From: an uncultured Actinomycetota bacterium
GTDB taxonomy: Bacteria; Actinomycetota; Actinomycetes; Mycobacteriales; Pseudonocardiaceae
Direction of reading: 5' to 3'
Assembly (NCBI GenBank): GCA_963829305.1
Contig: CAWHHY010000027.1
Location: forward strand, 4,370 to 68,369
Length of the DNA: 64,000 nt
The notes under the pieces: model-generated
Databases searched by the model: none
Seen by the model: only the letters and a program-made list of their open reading frames with translations
Told to the model about the DNA's origin: nothing
Translations under genes and position numbers: made by a program
Shown here: piece by piece, positions 1 to 9,327 of the stretch
Position numbering within the stretch: the first letter of the stretch is position 1
Layout of the letters: every line of letters begins with the position of its first letter

Positions 1-433
1 CGGGAGAAACTGGTGTAAAAAAACCCCGCGGTGCCCGCTCGGAGCGCCCGTGGCTGCGCTGGTCGTAGATCACCTGCCGGAGCACGGGCTCGCCGAGGTC
101 GGCCAGGAAGCGGCGCTGGAAGTGCCAGGTGCGCCGGTCGAGCGCGAAGCCGTGCACGAGCACGACGGTGACGTCGGCGGGCAGGCCGGGCGGCGGCTCG
201 ATCTCCTCACAGGAGAGCCGGACCCCGTCGTCCGCGGTCACCGACGATGCGACACCGGCGGGCAGCGCCCCGGTGCCGTCAGCGCCGGTCGACAGCTGGG
301 TGGCCAGCGTGTGGCGGTCGAGGGTGTCACGATGGCGCTTGCGGGCGGCCACGCTGACGGCCGCGCCCGTGGCGGCGGCACCGGCCAGCCCTCCGGCGAC
401 GCCGACGGCCTGCCAGGCCCGTCGGCGGGTCAT
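1..433 (-). CDS. alpha/beta-hydrolase-fold protein, N-terminal part only (gene continues past window start)
   Basis: Manual reverse translation from ATG at 433 (ATGA overlap with the alr stop) gives MTRRRAWQAV...ADVTVVLVHGFALDRRTWHFQRRFLADLGEPVLRQVIYDQRSHGRSE, a typical HG-box N-terminus of this fold. It is absent from the ORF track because no stop lies in the window. Confidence 0.55.
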   Translation of the reverse strand, partial: MTRRRAWQAVGVAGGLAGAAATGAAVSVAARKRHRDTLDRHTLATQLSTGADGTGALPAGVASSVTADDGVRLSCEEIEPPPGLPADVTVVLVHGFALDRRTWHFQRRFLADLGEPVLRQVIYDQRSHGRSERAPRGFFTPVSP

Positions 434-1629
434 GCCCGGCCCTCGTCGCCTGCACCGGTGTCGACCACCGAGCGCCGCACCCGGTTCCCGTGCACCCCGG
501 TGACGACCTCGTAGTGGATCGTGCCGAGCTCGTCCGCCCAGTCCTGCGCGGTCGGCTCGCCCCCGTCCCCGGGTCCGAACAGCACTGCGCGGTCGCCCAC
601 TGCCACCTCGTCCTCCCCACACGCCGGGCCGCAGTCGACGACCACCTGGTCCATGCAGACCCGCCCGACGACCGGTCGCAGGCGGCCGCCGAGCAGCACT
701 CGCATCCGGCCGTCGACGTTCAGTCGCCGCGGCACACCGTCGGCATACCCGATCGGGACGAGCGCGAGCGTGGTGTCCGTCTCGGCCGTCCACGCGTGCC
801 CGTAGGAGACGCCCTCCCCCGCCGGTACCCGCTTGACCAGCACGACGCGCGCGGCCAGCGTCATGGCCGGGCGCAGCGGGCTCTGCCCGACCGGACGCTC
901 GAGCGGGTCCAGCCCGTAGACGGCGATGCCCGGGCGGACCAGGTCGAAGTGCAGGTCATGCCGGGTCAGCGTGGCCGCGGAGTTGGCGAGGTGCCGGATC
1001 GGCGCCAGGCCGCGGTCGACCGCCGCGCGCCACGCCGCGGTCAGCCGCGCGGCCTGGACGTCGAGCATCGGGTGGTCGGGGATGTCGGCGTGCGCGAGGT
1101 GCGACCACACCGCCACGACCTCGCATGCACCCTCGGCCGCGGCCTTCGCGGCGTCGTCGAGCAGGTCCGGCCAGTCGGCGAGGGCGGCGCCGTTGCGGCT
1201 CAGGCCGGTGTCGACCTTGAGGTGCACCCGCGCGGGGCGGCCGGCTCGGCGCGCGCCGTCGAGCACGCCGGCCAGGTGGGCCCGAGACGCGGCGGACAGG
1301 TCGATCCCCGCGGCCACGGCGGGCGTGAAGTCCTCATCCGGCAGGTGCAGCCACGACAGCACGGGCGCGGTGATCCCTGCGCCGCGCAGCGCGAGCGCCT
1401 CGTCCAGGGTGCAGACGCCTAGCCAGGTCGCCCCGGCGTCGAGCGCGGCCCGGGCGACCGGCACGGCCCCGTGCCCGTACCCGTCCGCCTTGACCACCGC
1501 CATGAGCGCGGCCCCGGGAGAGGCGGCGGTGAGCACCCGGACGTTCTGGCGTACCGCGGCGAGGTCGACCACCGACTCGACCCGGGCGGCGGCGCCCGGA
1601 ACGGAGGACGGATCGGCCATACGTCCCAT
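430..1629 (-). CDS. alr: alanine racemase
   Basis: 399-aa ORF with the PLP-lysine motif VVKADGYGHG and full-length alanine racemase character. Start (M1 or M4) is uncertain. Confidence 0.95.
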   Translation of the reverse strand: MGRMADPSSVPGAAARVESVVDLAAVRQNVRVLTAASPGAALMAVVKADGYGHGAVPVARAALDAGATWLGVCTLDEALALRGAGITAPVLSWLHLPDEDFTPAVAAGIDLSAASRAHLAGVLDGARRAGRPARVHLKVDTGLSRNGAALADWPDLLDDAAKAAAEGACEVVAVWSHLAHADIPDHPMLDVQAARLTAAWRAAVDRGLAPIRHLANSAATLTRHDLHFDLVRPGIAVYGLDPLERPVGQSPLRPAMTLAARVVLVKRVPAGEGVSYGHAWTAETDTTLALVPIGYADGVPRRLNVDGRMRVLLGGRLRPVVGRVCMDQVVVDCGPACGEDEVAVGDRAVLFGPGDGGEPTAQDWADELGTIHYEVVTGVHGNRVRRSVVDTGAGDEGRA

Positions 1630-1713
1630 CCTCCCATCCGCCCCCGCGAGCCTTCCGCCGCGCGATCGACCCGGCCGCTCCCGAGCGCCGGATGTCGGAG
1701 CGCACCGGGGTTG

Positions 1714-3150
1714 TCAGCTCGTGGCGCGGACCGATCTGATCGCCGCCGGGATCGACCCCTGGATCGCCGACGACGGGACCGGGGCGCCGTCGGCCGCCAG
1801 CTCGGCGGCCCGGGCGTGCACGAACGCACCGCACCCCGCCGCCCACCACGGCTCCAGGCCCGCGGCCAGCAGCGCGCCGACGATCCCGGTCAGCACGTCA
1901 CCGGAACCCGCCGTGGCCGCCCACGACGTCGTCGACGGGTGCACGAGCGTCCGGCCGTCCGGGTCCGCGACGACCGTGGCGTTGCCCTTGAGCAGCACCG
2001 TCACCTGCAGCGCCGCCGCGGCCCGCCGTGCGGCCCTGATCCGGTCCGGACCCACCTCACCCGCGACCCGAGCGAACTCCCGGTCGTGCGGGGTGGTCAC
2101 GACCGGCCGGCGGGCGACCGCGCCCCGCAGATCCGCGTACCGACCGAGCAGCGTCACCCCGTCGGCGTCGACGCACACCGGGACGTCACGGTCCAGCACC
2201 GCCGCGAGCAGCGCCCGGCCGGCGTCGTCGGTCCCGATCCCAGGCCCGACCGCCCACGCCTGGGTCTGCCCGGCGTCGGCGATGTCGTCGGTGGCGATGA
2301 CCTCCGGCCACCGGGCCCGGACGAGGTCGGCGGCCGTCCCGGCGTAGCGCACCATCCCGCTGGTCGCCAGCACGGCGGCCCCTGACGCCAGCACGGCGGC
2401 TCCCGGGTAGGTCGCGGACCCGGCCGCGACGCCCACCACGCCCTGGGTGTACTTGTCGTCGGTCGGGCCGGGCACCGGCCAGCGTGCCGCCACGTCCGCC
2501 TCGCCGAGGACGACCGCATGGGGCTCCGGCAGCTCCGGTCCGAGCCCGATGTCGACCAGGTGCACCGGACCGCAGCGATGAGCGGCCAGCACGTGCACGG
2601 GCTTGAACGCGCCGAACGTGACGGTTGCGGCGGCCGTCACGGCCGGACCGTCGACGGTCCCCGTGTCGGGATCCACGCCGCTGGGCGAGTCGACGGCCAG
2701 CACCGGGATCCCGCCGCGGTCCGCGACGGTGACGAGCTCGGCCGCGGCCGGGCGCAGCGGTCCACGCCCGGAGAGGCCGACGACGCCGTCGAGGACGAGG
2801 TCGGCGCGCGCGATCGCCGCAGCCGCCTCGGGACCGGCCGGGACGCTGCGGCCACCGGCCCGGCGCAGAGCGGCGAGCCCCTCCGCGTGGGCCCGCTGCG
2901 GATCGAGGAGCACCGCGGTGACGCCGACGGCCCGGCGCCGCAGCTCGGCACCGGCCCACAGGGCGTCACCGCCGTTGTCGCCCGCCCCCACGAGCAGCGC
3001 GACGCGCCGACCACCGCGGTCGGCGAGCATCGTGCGCGCCACCACGGCGAGCCCGAACGCGGCGCGACGCATCAGAGCACCCGCCGGCACTCGCGCCAGC
3101 ACCGTCCGTTCCGCGGTGCGTACCTGCTCGACCGTGAAGACCTCGCGCAC
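1714..3150 (-). CDS. nnr: bifunctional NAD(P)H-hydrate epimerase / ADP-dependent NAD(P)H-hydrate dehydratase
   Basis: 478-aa ORF with a YjeF N-terminal half (LLVGAGDNGGDALWAG) and a carbohydrate-kinase-like C-terminal half (TAGSGDVLTGIVGALLAAG). Confidence 0.9.
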   Translation of the reverse strand: MREVFTVEQVRTAERTVLARVPAGALMRRAAFGLAVVARTMLADRGGRRVALLVGAGDNGGDALWAGAELRRRAVGVTAVLLDPQRAHAEGLAALRRAGGRSVPAGPEAAAAIARADLVLDGVVGLSGRGPLRPAAAELVTVADRGGIPVLAVDSPSGVDPDTGTVDGPAVTAAATVTFGAFKPVHVLAAHRCGPVHLVDIGLGPELPEPHAVVLGEADVAARWPVPGPTDDKYTQGVVGVAAGSATYPGAAVLASGAAVLATSGMVRYAGTAADLVRARWPEVIATDDIADAGQTQAWAVGPGIGTDDAGRALLAAVLDRDVPVCVDADGVTLLGRYADLRGAVARRPVVTTPHDREFARVAGEVGPDRIRAARRAAAALQVTVLLKGNATVVADPDGRTLVHPSTTSWAATAGSGDVLTGIVGALLAAGLEPWWAAGCGAFVHARAAELAADGAPVPSSAIQGSIPAAIRSVRATS

Positions 3151-3179
3151 GTGGCGACGTTAGCGTTCTTCCGGCAACC

Positions 3180-3749
3180 TCACCGCGACGGCGCGGTCGT
3201 CGGTGTCTGGTCCACCTGGATGTCGAACTTGACGTCCGTGCCCTGCACGCCCGTCACCGTGACGGTCACGCCGTAGCTGTCGGCGCCGGCCTTGAGGGTG
3301 CACCGCTCCGACGCCCCGACCGTCGCGGGCAGGTCCGGGCAGCTCACCTCGTCGACCTGCTTGCCGTCGGCCGCGAGCTGGGTGAGGACGCTCTGCGCGA
3401 CGGACTTCCCGGCGACGGTCGGCGCGACAGCGGTGGCTGCGGGCGCCGTCGTGGCGGCGACGGGTCCGCCGACCCGCTCGATCATGAAGTTGATGGTGTC
3501 GCCGGACACCGAGGTGACGGTGACCTTGACGTCGAAGGCCTCGTCGCCCTTGGTGGCCTTGCAGAGGATCGACTGGCCCTGCTCGCCCTTCAGGTCGGTC
3601 GGGCAGTCCGAGCTGTCGGTGCCGAGCTGGCTCTTGATCTGCTCCTCGACGCTGTCGTCCGTGGCGACCTTGCCGCACGCCGTGAGAGCGGCGACCGCCG
3701 CGAGCGCCGTCGCGAGCACCGCCGCCAACCGGCCCAAGCTGCTGATCAT
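3180..3749 (-). CDS. lipoprotein with two DUF4333-like Cys-pair modules
   Basis: Signal peptide plus lipobox (AALTAC). Two repeats follow, each C-x(15-20)-C and then a beta-rich segment (SSDCPTDLKGEQGQSILCKAT; VSCPDLPATVGASERCTLKA). Confidence 0.7.
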   Translation of the reverse strand: MISSLGRLAAVLATALAAVAALTACGKVATDDSVEEQIKSQLGTDSSDCPTDLKGEQGQSILCKATKGDEAFDVKVTVTSVSGDTINFMIERVGGPVAATTAPAATAVAPTVAGKSVAQSVLTQLAADGKQVDEVSCPDLPATVGASERCTLKAGADSYGVTVTVTGVQGTDVKFDIQVDQTPTTAPSR

Positions 3750-4291
3750 GTGGGACCCGCCTGCTCGATGGAGTAGTCGATCTTACCGCCGTCCACGGAG
3801 GTGGCTGTCACGGTCCAGGTCGACACACCGTCCGGGCCGGACAGTGTGCACCCCACCGTCGCACCGACCTGCGCCGGCAGGTCGCCCGCGCAGCTCGCAG
3901 TACCCGCGGGCACTCCGGCCTGCTCGAGCTTCTGCGCCACCGACCGTTCGAGCACGTCCTTCGTCACCGGGCGCGCCTCGGTGTGCACGTCATAGGTGAC
4001 GGTGTCACCATTCACCGCCGTGATCCGCGCGACGGCGTCGACCGGCTGACCGTCGATGGTGAACGTGCACCGCACGGATTCCCCGACCTCGGCCCGCAGG
4101 TCGCCCGGGCAGCGCAGGTCGTCAGCGCGCACGCCGTGGCGTTCGAGCTCCGCGCGCAGGGTCGCGACGAGGTCGGCGTCGTCGAGCCGGGCGCCGGCAC
4201 AGCCGCCGAGGGCACCGACCAGGAGGAGGGCCGCCACGGAACGGCTCAGCGATCGACCCAGCCCGAGCGCCATCGCTTCTCCCAGGTCCAT
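3746..4291 (-). CDS. lipoprotein with two DUF4333-like Cys-pair modules (tandem paralog)
   Basis: Signal peptide with lipobox (ALGGC). Modules are LRCPGDLRAEVGESVRCTF and ASCAGDLPAQVGATVGCTL. There is a 4-nt stop/start overlap with the downstream paralog. Confidence 0.7.
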   Translation of the reverse strand: MDLGEAMALGLGRSLSRSVAALLLVGALGGCAGARLDDADLVATLRAELERHGVRADDLRCPGDLRAEVGESVRCTFTIDGQPVDAVARITAVNGDTVTYDVHTEARPVTKDVLERSVAQKLEQAGVPAGTASCAGDLPAQVGATVGCTLSGPDGVSTWTVTATSVDGGKIDYSIEQAGPT

Positions 4292-4416
4292 TCGGCCACC
4301 GTCTCCTCCCGCATCGTCGCCGTGCCGATCATCGTTACCGCAGGTCGGGCGTGTGTTACGCGATGGCGCCCACCACGCTGGGCCGGAGGTGATCGTCGGC
4401 GGTACGGTGCAACGCT

Positions 4417-5244
4417 GTGAGCCCCACCAGCGCGTTCGCCCGACCGCCCGAGGTGAGCAACGCGCGCGAGGCGGTGTCGCGGCTCGCCGACACGGGCCCG
4501 CACGAGGTGTTGCGCGGCGACCTCGGCATGGTCGGAGTGCCGGGCGTCGTGTTCGCGCCCGCAGAAGGGCTGGGGCTGCCCGCCGTCGCGTTCGGGCACG
4601 ACTGGCTCCAGCCCGTCGACCGCTATGCCGGGCTGCTGCGCCACCTCGCCTCGTGGGGTGTCGTCGTCGCTGCCCCGGACAGCCAGCGCGGCCCGCTGCC
4701 CAGCCACGCGCGGTTCGCCGCAGACCTGCGGACCGCGCTGGAGGTGTGCGTCGGGGTTCGGCTGGGCGAGGGGAAGATCAGCGTGGACGCCCGGCGGACC
4801 GCGCTGGCCGGGCACGGTATCGGCGGCGGTGCCGCACTGCTCGCCGCCGCGGACATGCCTCGGGTGGCGGCGGTCGTCGCGATCGCGGTCGCGCAGACGC
4901 GGCCCTCCGCGCTCGACGCCGCCCGCCGGGTGACCGCGCCGACGTTGCACATCGCTGCGGGCCGCGACATGGTCGCGCCGGCCGCCGGGCACGCCGAGCC
5001 GATCGCCGCGGCGGCAGGCGGCCCCGTCTGGCTGCGCACCCTCCGCAAGGCCGAGCACACGGGGTTCCTCGACGGGCGCCACTGGAGCGACGTCCTGCTC
5101 ACCGGCAGTCCGAGCGCGAAGACACGGCAGCTGACCCGCGCGCTCGTCACGGCGTTCCTGCTGCACCACCTCGTCGGCGAGGACCGGGGCGACGTGCTGG
5201 TGGAGGGCAAGGTCAAGGGCACCGAGCTGATCACCCGCTCCTGA
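4417..5244 (+). CDS. alpha/beta-hydrolase-fold protein (dienelactone hydrolase / chlorophyllase-like) with Gly at the nucleophile position
   Basis: 275-aa ORF (GTG start) with the family layout FGHDW...HLASWGVVVAAPD...ALAGHGIGGGAALLAAA...AGRDMVAP...AEHTGFLD. The nucleophile elbow reads GHGIGG instead of GHSxGG. Confidence 0.65.
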   Translation: MSPTSAFARPPEVSNAREAVSRLADTGPHEVLRGDLGMVGVPGVVFAPAEGLGLPAVAFGHDWLQPVDRYAGLLRHLASWGVVVAAPDSQRGPLPSHARFAADLRTALEVCVGVRLGEGKISVDARRTALAGHGIGGGAALLAAADMPRVAAVVAIAVAQTRPSALDAARRVTAPTLHIAAGRDMVAPAAGHAEPIAAAAGGPVWLRTLRKAEHTGFLDGRHWSDVLLTGSPSAKTRQLTRALVTAFLLHHLVGEDRGDVLVEGKVKGTELITRS

Positions 5245-5253
5245 CGCGCCCGG

Positions 5254-5601
5254 TCAGCCGTCGCCCGGGTCGTCCAGACGCGGGATCCGGACGCCACGCT
5301 CGTCGTCCGCGCGCCGTGCGGCGGTGCTGCCGAGCCGCGGGCCCGTCGCCGGGCCGACCGGCCCGTCCAGCACCCGGTCGACCGCCTGTCCCAGGTGGAC
5401 GGCCGCGTCGGTGTCACGCTCGAGGCCGGTCCGCAGCGTCAGCAGCCGCTCACTCCACTCCCGGCCGTGGTGATCCGGCCAACCCGCGCCGAGCCGTCGC
5501 GCGAGGTCGCCGACCTCCCCGGCGGCGGTGCCGAGCGCGGCCGCGAGACCGACCGACCAGTTCCGGACCCGCTCCAGCTCGGGCCGCTCCGGGGACGTCA
5601 C
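5254..5601 (-). CDS. hypothetical protein (115 aa)
   Basis: Strong GC3 codon bias. Its GTG start overlaps the upstream gene's TGA (GTGA). I recognise no family. Confidence 0.45.
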   Translation of the reverse strand: MTSPERPELERVRNWSVGLAAALGTAAGEVGDLARRLGAGWPDHHGREWSERLLTLRTGLERDTDAAVHLGQAVDRVLDGPVGPATGPRLGSTAARRADDERGVRIPRLDDPGDG

Positions 5602-5906
5602 CGGTCCGCGCCGGTCAGCGACCGGAGCGCGTGCGACTCCGCCGCCTCCAGCCCGACCACGGCCGTCTCGAGTGCGAGGTCCAGCTCGGCGAGCTCGCGG
5701 GCCGCCCGCACGACGGTGGCGACCAGGCGATCGTGCTCGGCGACGAGCGCCGCGGTCCCGGGCTCCGCGACGAGGGCGGCCAGGTCCACGGGATCCAGTG
5801 CGCCGGGTCGCAGCGCGGCGCGCAGCGTCTCGACCGACCTCCGGGCCGCGCGCAGTGCGGCGACGTCGGCATGCAGCTCAGGGGACACCGGTCGATGGTG
5901 CCCCAC
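5598..5906 (-). CDS. hypothetical small Ala/Leu-rich protein, looks helical by eye (102 aa)
   Basis: Strong GC3 bias. It lies immediately downstream of glmM, the position of a ~100-aa hypothetical gene in mycobacterial synteny as I recall it. Confidence 0.5.
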   Translation of the reverse strand: MGHHRPVSPELHADVAALRAARRSVETLRAALRPGALDPVDLAALVAEPGTAALVAEHDRLVATVVRAARELAELDLALETAVVGLEAAESHALRSLTGADR

Positions 5907-5947
5907 CGCACCCGGCCCCCGCGGTCGTTCCAGAAAAAACGGCCCGA

Positions 5948-7282
5948 TCAGCTCGCCGCGACGACCGCGCTCAGCTCGGCGGCGACGCCGCGGGCCTCCT
6001 CGATCGTCGGTGCCTCGACCATCACCCGTACCAGCTGCTCCGTGCCCGAGGGCCGTAGCAGCACCCGGCCGGTGCCGCCGAGGCGTGCCTCGGCGGCGGA
6101 CACGGCCTGCTGGACGGTCGGCGAGGCGGCGACGGCGTCCTTGTCGGCCACCCGGACGTTCTCCAGCACCTGCGGCAGGACCGTCACGACACCGGCGAGG
6201 TCGGCGAGGCTCTTGCCGGTCTGGGCCATGCGGGCCATCATGCGCAGGGCCGTCAGCAGCCCGTCGCCGGTGGTGGCGTGCGCGGGCAGCACGACGTGCC
6301 CCGACTGCTCGCCGCCGAGCGCGAAACCGCCCGCGCGCAGCTCCTCCAGCACGTACCGGTCACCGACCTGAGTGGTCCGCAACGAGATGCCGTGCCCCCG
6401 CATCGCGAGGTGCAGGCCCAGGTTGCTCATGACGGTGGCGACCAGGGTGTCGTCGACGAGTTCGCCGGCCTCGTGCATCGCGAGGGCCATCACCGCCATG
6501 ATCTGGTCGCCGTCGACGTCGCGCCCGTCCGCGTCGACGGCCAGGCAGCGGTCGGCGTCGCCGTCGTGGGCGATGCCCAGGTCCGCGCCGTGCGCCCGTA
6601 CCGCCGCGCGCAGCGGCGCGAGGTGGGTCGAGCCGACGCCGTCGTTGATGTTGAGCCCGTCCGGGTCCGCGTGCAGCGCGATGACCTCCGCGCCGGCGCG
6701 CGCGTAGCAGTCGGGGGCGGCCGTCGACGCCGCGCCGTAGGCACAGTCGACGACCACACGCAGCCCGGACAGCGATTGCGGGGTGCTCGCCAGCAGGTGC
6801 GCCACGTACCGCGGCTCGGCGTCCAGAAGATCGCGCACGCGGCCGATCCGGGCGCCGGTGGGCCGGGTGAACGGCGCGCCGAGCCCCTCCTCGACGGCGA
6901 GCTCGACGGCATCCGGCAACTTGTGGCCGCCCGCCGCGAAGAGCTTGATGCCGTTGTCCGGCATGGCGTTGTGCGACGCCGAGATCATCACGCCCAGGTC
7001 CGCGCGCAGCGCGTCCACGAGATGGGCGACCGCTGGGGTGGGCAGCACGCCCACCCGCACGGCGTCCGCGCCGGCGGAGGCGAGCCCGGCGACCACGGCT
7101 GCCTCGAGCATCTCCCCGCTGGCGCGGGGGTCGCGGCCGACCACGGCGACGGGCCGATGGGTCCGGTCGCGTTCTGCGAGCACGCGCGCCGCCGAGGCGG
7201 CCAACGAGAGGGAGAGCTCAGGAGTGAGCACCTCACCGTTGGCCAGCCCGCGGACGCCGTCCGTGCCGAAGAGCCGTCGCAC
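5948..7282 (-). CDS. glmM: phosphoglucosamine mutase
   Basis: 444-aa ORF with N-terminus LFGTDGVRG and the phosphoserine loop [16 protein letters not shown]. Confidence 0.95.
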   Translation of the reverse strand: MRRLFGTDGVRGLANGEVLTPELSLSLAASAARVLAERDRTHRPVAVVGRDPRASGEMLEAAVVAGLASAGADAVRVGVLPTPAVAHLVDALRADLGVMISASHNAMPDNGIKLFAAGGHKLPDAVELAVEEGLGAPFTRPTGARIGRVRDLLDAEPRYVAHLLASTPQSLSGLRVVVDCAYGAASTAAPDCYARAGAEVIALHADPDGLNINDGVGSTHLAPLRAAVRAHGADLGIAHDGDADRCLAVDADGRDVDGDQIMAVMALAMHEAGELVDDTLVATVMSNLGLHLAMRGHGISLRTTQVGDRYVLEELRAGGFALGGEQSGHVVLPAHATTGDGLLTALRMMARMAQTGKSLADLAGVVTVLPQVLENVRVADKDAVAASPTVQQAVSAAEARLGGTGRVLLRPSGTEQLVRVMVEAPTIEEARGVAAELSAVVAAS

Positions 7283-7290
7283 GCCTGCGA

Positions 7291-7857
7291 TCAGCGCTTG
7301 CTGTACTGCGGCGCCTTACGCGCCTTCTTCAGGCCGTACTTCTTGCGCTCCGTCGCCCGGGCGTCCCGGGTGAGGAAGCCGGCACGCTTGAGCGGCGGGC
7401 GGTCCTCGGAGTCGACCTCGATGAGGGCGCGGGCGATGGCCAGCCGCAACGCACCGGCCTGGCCGGAGGTGCCGCCGCCCTGCAGGTTCGCGAAGATGTC
7501 GAACCGGTCGGTCTTCTCGACCGTGACCAGGGGCTCCCGGATGAGCTGCTGGTGCAGCTTGTTCGGGAAGTAGGTCTCCAGGCTCTTGCCGTTCAGGGTG
7601 AACTTGCCGGTGCCGGGCATCAGGCGGACCCGGACCACGGCCTCCTTGCGGCGGCCGACGGTCTGCACGGGGCGCTCGGTGTAGACGACGGGGATCTCGG
7701 CGGCGTTCCCGACCTCGGCCTCGTACTCGTCGGCGGCGTCGGCGAGGTCAAGCGCCTCGGCCTCGACGGCGGCCTCCTCGACGGCCTCGATCTCGGGCTC
7801 GGGGGTGGTCACGGGCTGTCCCTCTTCCGGGTACTCGGTACCGGTCGTCTCACTCAC
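7291..7857 (-). CDS. rpsI: 30S ribosomal protein S9 with acidic N-terminal extension
   Basis: The C-terminal ~130 aa are canonical S9 ([12 protein letters not shown]...[12 protein letters not shown]). There is a 4-nt overlap with rplM. Confidence 0.95.
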   Translation of the reverse strand: MSETTGTEYPEEGQPVTTPEPEIEAVEEAAVEAEALDLADAADEYEAEVGNAAEIPVVYTERPVQTVGRRKEAVVRVRLMPGTGKFTLNGKSLETYFPNKLHQQLIREPLVTVEKTDRFDIFANLQGGGTSGQAGALRLAIARALIEVDSEDRPPLKRAGFLTRDARATERKKYGLKKARKAPQYSKR

Positions 7858-8297
7858 TGAGCGACCTGGGTGATCTGGTAGTCGACGGGCTTCTGCGCCG
7901 TGTGCGGGTGCGCCGGGCCGGCGTACACCTTGAGCTTCTTGCCCATCGCACGGCCGAGCCGGTTCTTCGGGAGCATGCCCTTCACGGCCTTCTCGACCAG
8001 CCGGTCCGGGTGCTTCTCGATCATCTCGCCGACGGAGCGCTTGCGGAGACCGCCCGGGTAGCCGCTGTGCCGGTAGACGAATTCGTTGTCCCGCTTGCTC
8101 TGCGCGACGGAGATCTTCTCCGCGTTCACGATGATCACGAAGTCGCCCGTGTCCATGTGCGGCGCGTAGGTGGGCTTGTGCTTGCCACGCAGGAGCGTGG
8201 CGGCCTGGGAGGCGAGCCGGCCGAGCACCACGTCCGTGGCATCGATCACGTGCCAGGCGCGGGTGATCTCGCCGGGCTTGGGGCTGTACGTGGGCAC
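7854..8297 (-). CDS. rplM: 50S ribosomal protein L13
   Basis: The ORF-track ORF extends to 8396, but canonical L13 begins at [20 protein letters not shown]. That GTG at 8297 is preceded by GAGG 7 nt upstream, giving 147 aa. Confidence 0.92.
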   Translation of the reverse strand: MPTYSPKPGEITRAWHVIDATDVVLGRLASQAATLLRGKHKPTYAPHMDTGDFVIIVNAEKISVAQSKRDNEFVYRHSGYPGGLRKRSVGEMIEKHPDRLVEKAVKGMLPKNRLGRAMGKKLKVYAGPAHPHTAQKPVDYQITQVAQ

Positions 8298-8508
8298 GGA
8301 TCTACCTCGTCGTTCTGGGCTCGTGTGCTGCCTGTCGCTGCGGCTGGGCGGCCCGGACCCGGTTTCTCGGGCCCGGTGCGTGCAGGCACGCACCACTGGT
8401 TGCGCGCTCGCCGCACATCGATGGTCGAGGGTACCCGTCGCCTGCGGGCGACTTCAAATCACCCCCCTGGCGACCGACACCACACCACGGGCCCGCGGAG
8501 CGGAGCCC

Positions 8509-8802
8509 TCACCTGGACCGCCACAGGTTCGCGTTGGCGGTCTCCGCGGCTCGGTAGCCCGCCTCGGCCGCCCCGAGCGCCCGGCCGACGTCGGCGAGCA
8601 CCCGGGTCAGGTCCGCCGCCGCGACGTCCCACTGCCGCTGCCGGTCCCGGTATCCCTGTGCGGCCTGCCCGTCCCAGGTCGCCGCGAGCGGGACCACCGC
8701 ACGGCGCAGGTCGTCGAGCCGCGCCGCGATCCGGGCCGCCGTACCCACGACGTCCGCGCGGGCCGCCTCGAGCGCCCCGAAGGTCACCTTGATCTCCCCC
8801 AT
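8509..8802 (-). CDS. WXG100-family type VII secretion substrate (97 aa)
   Basis: Internal ATG of the 263-aa ORF, preceded by GGGAG. Sequence is MGEIKVTFGALEAA...ATWDGQAAQGY (WxG) with a C-terminal GYRAAE (YxxxE). Confidence 0.85.
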   Translation of the reverse strand: MGEIKVTFGALEAARADVVGTAARIAARLDDLRRAVVPLAATWDGQAAQGYRDRQRQWDVAAADLTRVLADVGRALGAAEAGYRAAETANANLWRSR

Positions 8803-8821
8803 CGTGTTCTCCCTCGCCTGC

Positions 8822-9163
8822 TCAGCCGAGCGCCGCGCGGATCGCGGACAACCCGGAGTGTTGGGCGTCCTCCTGCTGCTGGTAGGTACGCCCCGACCCT
8901 TGGATCGCCTCGCCGATGGCGCGCAGCGCCTCGCCGAGCGCGCGGGCGTCGGCGTCCCAGCGGGCCATGAGGGCGGCGAAGGCGGTCGCCGCCTCGCCCA
9001 TCCAGGCGCCCTGCAGGGGGGCCAACTGCCCGCGCAGTGCCGCGAGGTCGGCCTGCACCTCGCTGTCGACCGTGAGTACCTGCCGTCCGGCACGCGCCAT
9101 CTCCTCGACGGTGGTGCCGAACCCGCCGGCTCCCGACCCGACCGTGTCGCGTCCGTCCGCCAT
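8822..9163 (-). CDS. WXG100-family type VII secretion substrate (113 aa)
   Basis: Internal ATG of the 302-aa ORF, preceded by GGAGG. Contains WxG (GAWMGEAATAF) and a C-terminal TYQQQED (YxxxE). Confidence 0.85.
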   Translation of the reverse strand: MADGRDTVGSGAGGFGTTVEEMARAGRQVLTVDSEVQADLAALRGQLAPLQGAWMGEAATAFAALMARWDADARALGEALRAIGEAIQGSGRTYQQQEDAQHSGLSAIRAALG

Positions 9164-9327
9164 GTCGTCCTCCACTTCCCCGGTCCGTGTCCCGGTGCTG
9201 CCGTGCGGTGGTGTCGTGACCACACTCGCAGCAGGACCCCGACCCGCGGGGGCGTTCGGGGAAACCGTGTGCGACTGCGAACGTGCTCCTCGCAGGGCAC
9301 GCCGAGGGCTGGTGTCGACGTGTCCTC

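Noticed and set aside
1-40. A7 tract and A/T-ending codons (GGT TTT TTT ACA CCA GTT TCT on the coding strand) at the extreme window start, inside the partial hydrolase gene
   Set aside because: It is compositionally odd for this genome. It could mark a terminator, an insertion boundary or a contig edge. Only ~30 nt are visible, so no interpretation is possible.
5920-5945. T6 tract (minus strand) right after the glmM stop, considered as an intrinsic terminator
   Set aside because: I could not find a convincing stem preceding the T-run, only direct repeats (GCCGAGCTGA / GGCGAGCTGA).
4056-6371. 771-aa plus-strand ORF
   Set aside because: It is Arg/Pro/Ala-rich, and it overlaps the hydrolase-like gene in another frame and lies antisense to four well-supported minus-strand genes, including glmM.
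8437-8452. 6-bp hairpin GTCGCC-TGCG-GGCGAC between the esx genes and rplM
   Set aside because: It is short and has no U-tract on the transcribed strand, which is too weak to call a terminator.
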